The translations under genes and the position numbers were made by a program. This document shows positions 1-7,687 of a stretch of 32,000 bases of DNA, in pieces. The stretch covers positions 1 to 32,000 of the forward strand of contig DAOOUC010000003.1 in the NCBI GenBank assembly GCA_035390665.1, read 5' to 3'. Positions within the stretch are counted from its first letter, which is position 1. Each line of letters begins with the position of its first letter. The notes beneath the pieces were generated by a model, which had not been told where the DNA came from, did no database searches, and saw nothing but the letters and a program-made list of their open reading frames with translations. Source of the stretch: an archaeon (GTDB lineage Archaea > Iainarchaeota > Iainarchaeia > Iainarchaeales > CSSED10-239).

Positions 1-1022
1 TGATCTTTTTTTTCAAAGTTTCTAAAAAATAACCATTTAGTTATTAATATTCTTAATATAATGATTAAAGCAACAAGAGCAAAAGTAATTAATATAATAT
101 CTAAATTAATTACTTTAAAGTCAATAATTACACCTAAATATATAAAGAAAAAAGTTTTTATAACAAGTGAGATTTCTGTCTGGAAATGATGTATTGTTTT
201 GTCTAAGGTGAAATCTTTCATTTTGAATGTTTTAAATAAATCAGAAGCATTACCTAAAACTAGGCCAAAAACTAAAACCCCAAAAGCCCCATTGCCTCCA
301 AGATACTCAGTCACAGCATATAATAAAAATAAAAAAGATAATGTTAAGAAATAACTAAAATCTTTAACTGCTTCAGAATCTCTTAAAATCCTAGACCAAA
401 TTATTCCTCCAATAAGCCCAATTACTGCGGCTATTGCAAATGCAGAAAATATTCCTTGAACAATTAATTTTGTATTTGCTGCTTGAGAAACAATTATTCC
501 AACAATAGTTACCGTAGCAACAACACAAAAAACATCTGTCATTGCGGATTCTAAAGTCATTATTGTTTTTGTTTTATCTGTTGCACTTGATTTTGTGACT
601 AATGGTATGACTATTTCTGAACTTGTTCCACCAATTATTACTCCTAATAATAATCCATATATCCATTCAAATCCAAAAATATAATGTAATAATACTCCTG
701 AAAGAATAGAGGTTAATACAAATACCAACAAAGTATAGAAAAATGCATTTTTAATTTCTGTAATAACTTTATAAAAATTAAGATATAATCCACCATCAAA
801 AATTAAAACAATTAAAGCAATTGCTGCAAAAATCGGAGTATATGTTCTTAATTGAGTTATTGCTGTTTGTGGGATAATGTGAAATATAGGGCCCAACAAT
901 AAACCAATTAAAATCAGTATAAAAATATCGGAAATTTTTGTTTTTTTAAAAAATAAGTTTCCTAGAAATCCTAATAAAAATATTCCTGCAATAAAAACCA
1001 AAAATAAAAGTGGATTAATCAT
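1..1022 (-). CDS. cation:proton antiporter (Na+/H+ exchanger / CPA superfamily), N-terminal ~340 aa; gene continues past the left edge of the window
   Basis: Absent from the ORF track because no stop lies in the window. Manual minus-strand translation from ATG 1022..1020 stays open to base 3. It reads MINPLLFLVFIAGIFLLGFLGNLFFKKTKISDIFILILIGLLLGPIFHIIPQ...LLLGVIIGGTSSEIVIPLV...TLESAMTDVFCVVATV...GLIGGIIWSRIL...GVLVFGLVLGN. It is hydrophobic throughout, with the N-terminal G..L.K.KI..I..LI..G.LLGP and ES...D signatures typical of NhaP/Kef-like exchangers. Confidence 0.75.
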   Translation of the reverse strand, partial: MINPLLFLVFIAGIFLLGFLGNLFFKKTKISDIFILILIGLLLGPIFHIIPQTAITQLRTYTPIFAAIALIVLIFDGGLYLNFYKVITEIKNAFFYTLLVFVLTSILSGVLLHYIFGFEWIYGLLLGVIIGGTSSEIVIPLVTKSSATDKTKTIMTLESAMTDVFCVVATVTIVGIIVSQAANTKLIVQGIFSAFAIAAVIGLIGGIIWSRILRDSEAVKDFSYFLTLSFLFLLYAVTEYLGGNGAFGVLVFGLVLGNASDLFKTFKMKDFTLDKTIHHFQTEISLVIKTFFFIYLGVIIDFKVINLDIILITFALVALIIILRILITKWLFFRNFEKKD

Positions 1023-1124
1023 GATTATCATTTCCTTAATTTCTAAAATATATATTATTAAATTAATTTATAAATTTAACTAAAATATATATTTATAACA
1101 TATATAAAAAATTCGAGGTAAAAT

Positions 1125-1817
1125 ATGAGAAAAATAGACAAGAAAAATAATTTTAATAAAAAAACAATTGCTCAAATAACTGCTTTAGTTAATGAAATGG
1201 CAAATAAAAAGAAGGGCTCTTTTTTTATAATAACTAAACAAGATATTTCAAGCAAATATGAAAGATTATATCCTGATCTTTTTTCACATAAAAAAATAAA
1301 TATTAAAGATAAAGAAACCCAAACTCTTTTGATTGCTCTTGCTGAACTTGATGGTGCAATTGTTGTTGATGATTCTGGTTATGTTATAGATTATGGCGTT
1401 AAGATTAAAAGAACAAAAATACTTTTAGGACACGGCACAAGACATTCTGCTGCAAGAGGTATTTCTCAAACAAAGAACGTTTTACCAATTATTTCTTCTG
1501 AAGAAGATGGAAGAGTAAGAATTTTTAGAGAAGGAGAGATGGTTGCAGAGATTAATCCAAGGACAGGAAAAGACAAACAATTTTTTGAAAAGATTGGAGA
1601 ATTATTTTCTAGGCCTGATCTTCAAGTTGCTACTGCTGGTGGCGTGGCATCATTATTATTAAGAGTAAATCCTTTTATGGCTGGAGCAGTCTTTACAGGT
1701 AGCTGGATAATTACAAAATATGGACTTGTAAGTATGAAAGAATTCTTAGCAACAGGAAGACTTGTTGTTAAAAAGAAAACAAAAGAAATAAAGAAAAAAA
1801 ATGCTAAAAGAAAGTAA
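1125..1817 (+). CDS. diadenylate cyclase (DAC / DisA_N domain) protein with C-terminal hydrophobic segment
   Basis: DAC motifs are present in order: KKGSFFIIT (cf. GALIVI), LDGAIVVDDSG (DGA motif), GHGTRHSAARGIS (GTRHRAA motif), SSEEDGRVRIF. A C-terminal hydrophobic stretch reads VATAGGVASLLLRVNPFMAGAVFTGSWII. GAGGT lies upstream of the ATG. Confidence 0.7.
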   Translation: MRKIDKKNNFNKKTIAQITALVNEMANKKKGSFFIITKQDISSKYERLYPDLFSHKKINIKDKETQTLLIALAELDGAIVVDDSGYVIDYGVKIKRTKILLGHGTRHSAARGISQTKNVLPIISSEEDGRVRIFREGEMVAEINPRTGKDKQFFEKIGELFSRPDLQVATAGGVASLLLRVNPFMAGAVFTGSWIITKYGLVSMKEFLATGRLVVKKKTKEIKKKNAKRK

Positions 1818-2247
1818 CTATAGTGAAACTAAAGAAATTTCAAGTGGAATAGTTAATTCAATTATAAGAGTTATTAAAAAAACAATTATCTTTGGAATAA
1901 TTATTCCCTTTGTTATCTATATCTTTATAAGATTTCTAGAAATAGCTTTTGGATATTCTTGGCAACAACAATTAACCTTTCAATATATTGCTTATATTTA
2001 TGTTGTTGGCTATGTTGCTTTTCTTGTATATATGTCAGTAAAAAGTCAGATTCACTCTACTCTTTATTATTCTATTGGATGGTTGCTTGGATTATTATTA
2101 CTCTATAGATTCGGGATATTTCAATGGGAACAATTTAAAGACCTTTTAATTGCCCCGATTATTTTTGTTATATTAAAGATTGCTTATCTTTTTTTTAGAA
2201 AACCAAGAAAATTAGAACAAAGAAAAACCAAAACCTCTAGAGTGTAA
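1801..2247 (+). CDS. small integral membrane protein (about 4 predicted TM helices), function unknown
   Basis: ORF overlaps the DAC gene by 17 nt, suggesting co-translation. Hydrophobic helices include IIFGIIIPFVIYIFIRFL, IAYIYVVGYVAFLVYM, IGWLLGLLLLY and LIAPIIFVILKIAYLFF. Confidence 0.5.
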   Translation: MLKESNYSETKEISSGIVNSIIRVIKKTIIFGIIIPFVIYIFIRFLEIAFGYSWQQQLTFQYIAYIYVVGYVAFLVYMSVKSQIHSTLYYSIGWLLGLLLLYRFGIFQWEQFKDLLIAPIIFVILKIAYLFFRKPRKLEQRKTKTSRV

Positions 2248-4227
2248 TCTTATATATCTCTTTAATCTGTTTTGGCTAATTCCTGAATCTTCTAAATCTT
2301 TATAAGTATATCCTGCTTTAACTAATTGATCTAAACTATACCCTGCTTTGTATAATTCTTTTGCTGGAAAACCAATTGTTTTAAGTTCTTTAGCAGAATA
2401 TCTTATTATTCTTAATTGTCTTGCAGAACAACCTATTTTCCAAACATCTTTTGCTGGAAATCCTGCATAAGATAATTCTCTTGCTGAAAATCCAACAGCA
2501 TAAAGTTCGGATGCTAAAAAACCTGCATCTCTTAATGATGCTGCATCAAATCTTGCTGATTTTAATTCTTGTGCAGAGTATGCTTTTTTAAGATCATAAG
2601 CACTATATCCTGCTGCTCTCATTTCTTTAGCAGTGTACCCTGCATTTTTAAGATCTGTAACATCAATATCAAGATCATTAAGTTCCTTAGCAGTATATCC
2701 TGCATCTCTTATTGTCTTAAGATCAAAACCTGCAAAATATAATTCTCTTGCAGAAAAACCAAGATTGTGAAATTGTCTTGCAGAATAACCTATACCTAAT
2801 AATTCTTTAGCATTGAAATCTGCTTCTCTTAAATCATATAAACTATAACCTGCTAAATGAATCTCTACTGCTGAAAATCCTGCTTCTTTTAATTCTTTAA
2901 CAGTATATCCTTTTGATATAAATTCAGGTAAGCCACAACCAATAAGTCTTACTTCATGTAATGGACAACCAGCATTCATTAATTGAACACAAGAAAGTCC
3001 AGCATTAGATAATTCTCTTGTTGTATAGCCAGCAAAATAAAGCTCTTGTGGAGAATACCCAAAATTAAGAAGCTCTCTTGCAGAATAATTAAGATATCTT
3101 AATTCTTCTAAATTAAATTCTTTTTTCTTTTCTTCTAAGGTTAAAATATCCATTAAATCAAAGATTTCTTTAAGCTTATATCCTGCTTCTTTTATTTCTT
3201 TAATTGAATATCCTGCTTTATACATGTCTCTTGCAGAAATTCCTGCGTCTCTAAATTGAGTTGCAGTAACTCCAACTGCTGATAATTCTTTAATTCTAAA
3301 TCCTTCTTTTAAAAGATCTGCAATTGTTATTCCTTCTTCTAAAAGTTGTTTAATGTCTATTTTTTCTTTATCTATTAAATCAACTAAAGTATATCCTATT
3401 TCACAAAGTTCTTTAATTGTGAATGCTTTTTTTAAATCTTCTAAAGTATATCCTGCATCAATTAATTCCTTTGGTGTATATCCTGCAATCTTTAATTTCT
3501 TTACAGGAAATTCAAGAGAATGTAATTCCTTTGCATCATATTTAGCATAAGCAACAACGTCTTCACTAAATTTTACTTTTAATAAATCTCTTGCTGAATA
3601 TCCCAGATCTTTTAATTCTTTTGCTGAATATCCTGCTAATTTTAATTCCTTTAATGAAAATTTTGCATTATGTAAATCTAAAGCACTAAAGCCTAATGTA
3701 AAAAGATATTTTGCTCCGAATTTCATTCTTTTAAGTCTTGTAGCATTGTATTTTCTTTGTTTTAGCTTTGTAGAATTATATCCTAATAATAACATTTTTT
3801 TTGATGGTGTTTTTTTTTTTAATAATTGCGGTAAACTTATTTGTTTTATTTTTTTCTTAACTGATTTTTTTGCTTTTTTCTTAGCTACTTTTTTTATATT
3901 TTTCTTTGACTTTGCTGGTTTTTTCTTTGGTTTTTGTTTTTCTGTTTTTTTCTGTAAAGGGTTTATTGTGTATCCTAGTTCTTTAATTTCTGTGTCTGTA
4001 AATCCAGAGTCTAATAGGTCCTTTAATGTATATTTTAATCCAAGATAAATTGTTTTATTTGCATTAACTTTCTTTAAGTCTTTTGAATAACTTTTGTAAT
4101 CTATTTTTCTTTTCCTTAACAAACTTAAATCCACAGGAGAAATTATAAATCTCTTTGGAGAATTAAGTTGTTTGTTTAATAATTCAATTACTTCTTTTTT
4201 TTTAAGTGTTTGAGTTATCTTTTTCAT
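2212..4227 (-). CDS. large tandem-repeat protein (~48 x 10-aa units, consensus about G-[YF]-[ST]-A-[KR]-E-L-x-x-A) with lysine-rich linker; function unknown
   Basis: 671-aa uninterrupted ORF. Residues ~170-660 are back-to-back 10-residue units, e.g. AGYSAKELKD LGYSARDLLK ... AGFSARELSY AGFPAKDVWK. A K-rich tract KKKPAKSKKNIKKVAKKKAKKSVKKK is present. No signal peptide or TM segment. Confidence 0.8.
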   Translation of the reverse strand: MKKITQTLKKKEVIELLNKQLNSPKRFIISPVDLSLLRKRKIDYKSYSKDLKKVNANKTIYLGLKYTLKDLLDSGFTDTEIKELGYTINPLQKKTEKQKPKKKPAKSKKNIKKVAKKKAKKSVKKKIKQISLPQLLKKKTPSKKMLLLGYNSTKLKQRKYNATRLKRMKFGAKYLFTLGFSALDLHNAKFSLKELKLAGYSAKELKDLGYSARDLLKVKFSEDVVAYAKYDAKELHSLEFPVKKLKIAGYTPKELIDAGYTLEDLKKAFTIKELCEIGYTLVDLIDKEKIDIKQLLEEGITIADLLKEGFRIKELSAVGVTATQFRDAGISARDMYKAGYSIKEIKEAGYKLKEIFDLMDILTLEEKKKEFNLEELRYLNYSARELLNFGYSPQELYFAGYTTRELSNAGLSCVQLMNAGCPLHEVRLIGCGLPEFISKGYTVKELKEAGFSAVEIHLAGYSLYDLREADFNAKELLGIGYSARQFHNLGFSARELYFAGFDLKTIRDAGYTAKELNDLDIDVTDLKNAGYTAKEMRAAGYSAYDLKKAYSAQELKSARFDAASLRDAGFLASELYAVGFSARELSYAGFPAKDVWKIGCSARQLRIIRYSAKELKTIGFPAKELYKAGYSLDQLVKAGYTYKDLEDSGISQNRLKRYIRLHSRGFGFSLF
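2250..3720 (-). repeat. 30-bp-periodic, diverged coding tandem repeat inside the 671-aa ORF
   Basis: The plus strand shows a recurring ...tatatcctgc / aaaacctgc / aaatcctgc... every ~30 nt. This corresponds to the (A)GY/GF codons of the 10-aa unit. Copies are diverged, not identical. Confidence 0.8.
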
Positions 4228-4294
4228 ATGTTTTTCACATTTTAATTATAATTAACTAAATCCGGTTATTTATTATATATATTATATAAGAAAA

Positions 4295-4306
4295 GCTTTA
4301 TAAAGC
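4295..4306. promoter_or_regulatory. perfect palindrome GCTTTATAAAGC (TATA-like core) in the divergent intergenic region; possible bidirectional promoter element
   Basis: The 12-nt sequence equals its own reverse complement. It lies ~70 nt from the minus-strand ATG (4227) and ~80 nt from the plus-strand ATG (4384). That spacing matches the TATA-to-ATG distances seen at 23798 and 26074. Confidence 0.3.
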
Positions 4307-4383
4307 AAAGGTTTATATATAAAATTTAATATATATTATATATTAGCACAAATTCTTATAAAAAAAATAAGGGGGAAATATCT

Positions 4384-4746
4384 ATGGCTAAAAAAAATAG
4401 CGAAAAATTAAAGAAATTCGGAGCAATTGCTTTCATAGTAGGTGTAGTAATTGCTTTAATTGCAGGACTTTTGTCTCAAATGATTGGTGAAGTAGTTACA
4501 ACATCTATCTTAGTACTACTTGGATTAATTGTTGGTTTCTTAAATGTAACAGACACAGAAGTAAAGGATTACTTACTTGCATCAGTTGCTCTTGTAATTG
4601 TAACTGCTCTTGGTAGTGCAGTACTTGGAGGAATAATGTATATTGGTCCTTACTTAGGAAGTGTTTTACAAGCAATAATGACTTTTGTCATACCAGCTAC
4701 AATAATTGTTGCTTTAAAAGAAATCTATGGTTTAGCTAAAAACTAA
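4384..4746 (+). CDS. small membrane protein (3-4 TM helices), function unknown
   Basis: 120-aa ORF preceded by AAGGGGGAAAT (SD-like). Almost entirely hydrophobic after a basic N-terminus (MAKKNSEKLKKFGAIAFIVGVVIALIAGLL...). Confidence 0.6.
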   Translation: MAKKNSEKLKKFGAIAFIVGVVIALIAGLLSQMIGEVVTTSILVLLGLIVGFLNVTDTEVKDYLLASVALVIVTALGSAVLGGIMYIGPYLGSVLQAIMTFVIPATIIVALKEIYGLAKN

Positions 4747-4768
4747 ATCTTTTCTTTTTCTTTTTTTC

Positions 4769-5782
4769 TTATTTTATATAAATAGTTGATGCTTTTTTTA
4801 ATCTATTCATTATGGCTTTACCTAATTGATCTTCTTCAATTCCTTGAGCAATAATTATGTCTGTTTTGTTCTTATCGAAATCTCTAAAATAAGAAAATAG
4901 TTTTTGGGCATAAATCTTAGAATCAGAATTAAGATATTTTACATTTTTTTCTTTTAAATCAAAACTATAAGAAAGTATACCTATTTTTTTCTTTGGATTT
5001 TTCTGTTTAATTAATTCAATTTCTCTTAAGAAATTTCTGTTATAATCAATTAAGATTACTTTTGCTTTTGGAGAATAATGAGTATATTTCATTCCTGGTG
5101 CTTTTGGTTTATCTTTATTTTTAGAATTTAAATTAGAAAATTTAACTTCTCCAATTACTTCTTCAATATCTTCTTTAGTAATATATCCTGGTCTTAATAT
5201 TGTTGGAACAATAGAAGTAAAATCAATAACTGTTGATTCTATTCCAATTTTACAATTCCCTCCATCTATTATATATTCTATTTTTCCAGAAAGATCATCA
5301 ACAACATGTTTTGCTTTTGTTGGGCTAGGTTTTCCTGAAAGATTAGCACTAGGAGCAACAATTGGAACTTTTGATTGTTTTATTAATTCTAAAGCAATCT
5401 TATTGTTTGGCATTCTTATTGCTATACTGTCAAGTCCAGCAGTAACAACATCAGGAACAATTTTTTTCTTTTTAAGAACTATCGTTAAAGGCCCAGGCCA
5501 AAACTTTTTTGTTAATTTTTTAGCAGATTCAGGGAAATCTTTTGCAAGTTTCTTTACTTGTAAAGAATCAGAAATATGTGCAATTAATGGATTATCTTGT
5601 GGTCTACCTTTTACTTTAAATATTTCTGAAACTGCCAAAGGATTAAAGGCATTAGCTCCAAGACCATAAACCGTTTCTGTAGGAAAAGAAACAAGTTTAC
5701 CGTTTCTTATTGCTTTTGCAATTAATTTTATTTTTTCAGATTCTGGAGTTTTCGGGTTTATCTTAATAATGGTTGTTTGCAT
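4769..5782 (-). CDS. sua5: L-threonylcarbamoyladenylate synthase Sua5/TsaC (tRNA t6A biosynthesis), long form with C-terminal Sua5 domain
   Basis: YrdC-domain signatures SFPTETVYGLGANAFNP, KGRPQDNPLIAHI, WPGPLTIVL, IAIRMPNN and VAPSANLSGKPSPT. The 337-aa length fits the Sua5 two-domain form. Confidence 0.9.
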   Translation of the reverse strand: MQTTIIKINPKTPESEKIKLIAKAIRNGKLVSFPTETVYGLGANAFNPLAVSEIFKVKGRPQDNPLIAHISDSLQVKKLAKDFPESAKKLTKKFWPGPLTIVLKKKKIVPDVVTAGLDSIAIRMPNNKIALELIKQSKVPIVAPSANLSGKPSPTKAKHVVDDLSGKIEYIIDGGNCKIGIESTVIDFTSIVPTILRPGYITKEDIEEVIGEVKFSNLNSKNKDKPKAPGMKYTHYSPKAKVILIDYNRNFLREIELIKQKNPKKKIGILSYSFDLKEKNVKYLNSDSKIYAQKLFSYFRDFDKNKTDIIIAQGIEEDQLGKAIMNRLKKASTIYIK

Positions 5783-5812
5783 AGTTTGTCATATTTTGTC
5801 CAACAATTAGTA

Positions 5813-7642
5813 TTATTCAACTGTTACAGATTTTGCTAAGTTTCTTGGTTGATCAATTGCACAATCTCTTAAGTCTGCAATATAATATGCTAACAATTGC
5901 ATAGGAATTACATTAACAAAAGGAGTTAGATTAACACAAACATCTGGTACATAGATTACATGATCACAAATCTTAGATATTTCCGTATCTCCAACTGTTG
6001 CAATTGCAATAATTTTTGCGCCTCTTGCTTTTGCTTCGTGAATATTTGATAAAACCTTATCATAGTTAAGGTCTTGGTTTGCAATAACAACAACTGGAAC
6101 TTCTTTATCAACTAAAGCAATTGGTCCATGTTTCATCTCTGCTGCAGGATATCCTTCTGCATGGATATAAGATATTTCTTTAAGTTTTAGTGCTCCTTCT
6201 AGAGCTATAGGGTAATTTATGCCTCGTCCAAGATATAATGCGTCTTTTGAAGTGTAATATTTTTTGGCAATATTCTTTATTTCTTCTTCTGTTTTAAACA
6301 TTTCTTTAATTACGCCTGGAAGTTCTAAAAGATTATTTATTAGTTTTTTGGAATCGTTATCGTCCATAGTTCCAAGTATTCTTCCAAGATAAAGTGTTAA
6401 AAGATTTAAACAAACTAATTGGCTAGTAAATGCTTTAGTTGAAGCAACGCCAATTTCTGGTCCTGCTCTAATATAAATTCCACCATCACATTCTCTTGCT
6501 ATTGTTGAACCAACAACATTAACAATACCAATTACTTTTCCACCTTTTCCTTTAGCTTCTCTAACTGCAGCTAAGGTGTCTGCTGTTTCTCCTGATTGAC
6601 TTATTGCTATTATTAAAGTATTATTATCAATAATTGGATCTCTATATCTAAATTCAGAAGCATAATCTACTTCTACTGGAACTCTTAAGAAACGTTCCAT
6701 AGAAAATTTAGCAACTAAACCACAATGCCAAGAGGTTCCACAAGCAACAATAATTATTCTTTTTATTTTTTTTATATTTTCTGCAGAAAGATTAATGCCC
6801 CCTAGTTTTGCTGTATTATTTTCAAAATCAATTCTTCCTAATATTGCTTGTTTAATAGTTTCTGGTTGTTCATGTATTTCTTTTAACATAAAATGTTTAT
6901 ATCCTTGTTTTTCTATCTGTTCTAAATTCATAGAAACTTCTATTATTTCTTTATCAAGACTTATATTATCTAAAGAAGTTATTTCACAACCTCCATTAAT
7001 AGAAGCCATTTCATTATCGTCTAAGTAAATTACTTTTTTTGTATGTTCAATAATTGCTGAAATATCGCTTGCTACAAAATATTCTTCCTTTCCAATCCCA
7101 ATAACTATTGGAGAGCCACGTCTAGCAACTATTAATTCTTTTCCTGATTTATGCATAACAACTAGACCAAAGGTTCCAACAACTTCTCTTAAAGCTTTTT
7201 GTACTGCTTTTTTTAAATCTCCTTGATAAAATTTTTCAATCAAATGTGTTAAAACTTCAGTATCTGTTTGAGATTTAAAAATATGTCCTTCTTTTTCTAA
7301 AAGTTTCTTTAAAGATTCAAAGTTTTCTATAATTCCATTATGAACTAATGCTATTTCTTCCTTACAATCTGTGTGTGGATGGGCATTAATTGTGGTGGGT
7401 TCTCCGTGTGTTGCCCATCTTGTATGTGCTATCCCTATGTTTGCTTTAAGGTCTGGGTATTTCTTTATTTCTGATTCTAAATTACCTGTTACTTTGCCTT
7501 TAGTCTTAATTATCTTTAACTCTCCAGAATCAATAACCGCTATACCACAAGAATCATAGCCTCTATATTCTAATCTTTTAAGACCATTTACCAAAATAGA
7601 AATACAATCTCTTTTTCCAAAATAAGCATTAATTCCACACAT
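5813..7642 (-). CDS. glmS: glutamine--fructose-6-phosphate aminotransferase (isomerising)
   Basis: N-terminal MCGI (Ntn catalytic Cys), HTRWATHG, two SIS-type regions (ACGTSWH..., ISQSGETADT) and the canonical C-terminal ...NLAKSVTVE. 609 aa. Confidence 0.95.
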   Translation of the reverse strand: MCGINAYFGKRDCISILVNGLKRLEYRGYDSCGIAVIDSGELKIIKTKGKVTGNLESEIKKYPDLKANIGIAHTRWATHGEPTTINAHPHTDCKEEIALVHNGIIENFESLKKLLEKEGHIFKSQTDTEVLTHLIEKFYQGDLKKAVQKALREVVGTFGLVVMHKSGKELIVARRGSPIVIGIGKEEYFVASDISAIIEHTKKVIYLDDNEMASINGGCEITSLDNISLDKEIIEVSMNLEQIEKQGYKHFMLKEIHEQPETIKQAILGRIDFENNTAKLGGINLSAENIKKIKRIIIVACGTSWHCGLVAKFSMERFLRVPVEVDYASEFRYRDPIIDNNTLIIAISQSGETADTLAAVREAKGKGGKVIGIVNVVGSTIARECDGGIYIRAGPEIGVASTKAFTSQLVCLNLLTLYLGRILGTMDDNDSKKLINNLLELPGVIKEMFKTEEEIKNIAKKYYTSKDALYLGRGINYPIALEGALKLKEISYIHAEGYPAAEMKHGPIALVDKEVPVVVIANQDLNYDKVLSNIHEAKARGAKIIAIATVGDTEISKICDHVIYVPDVCVNLTPFVNVIPMQLLAYYIADLRDCAIDQPRNLAKSVTVE

Positions 7643-7687
7643 AACTAATAATTAGTATAAAAAAATTTAAAAATAGGAAAGAAAAAA

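Noticed and set aside
2212-4227. The 10-aa repeat protein as a divergent pentapeptide-repeat (Qnr/MfpA-like beta-helix) protein, read as alternating 5-mers AGYSA/KELKD.
   Set aside because: The canonical A(D/N)LxG-type consensus is absent. The units are rich in K/E/A with E-L spacing that looks helical. The periodicity is strictly 10 rather than 5. This remains an open question for structure prediction, not an annotation.
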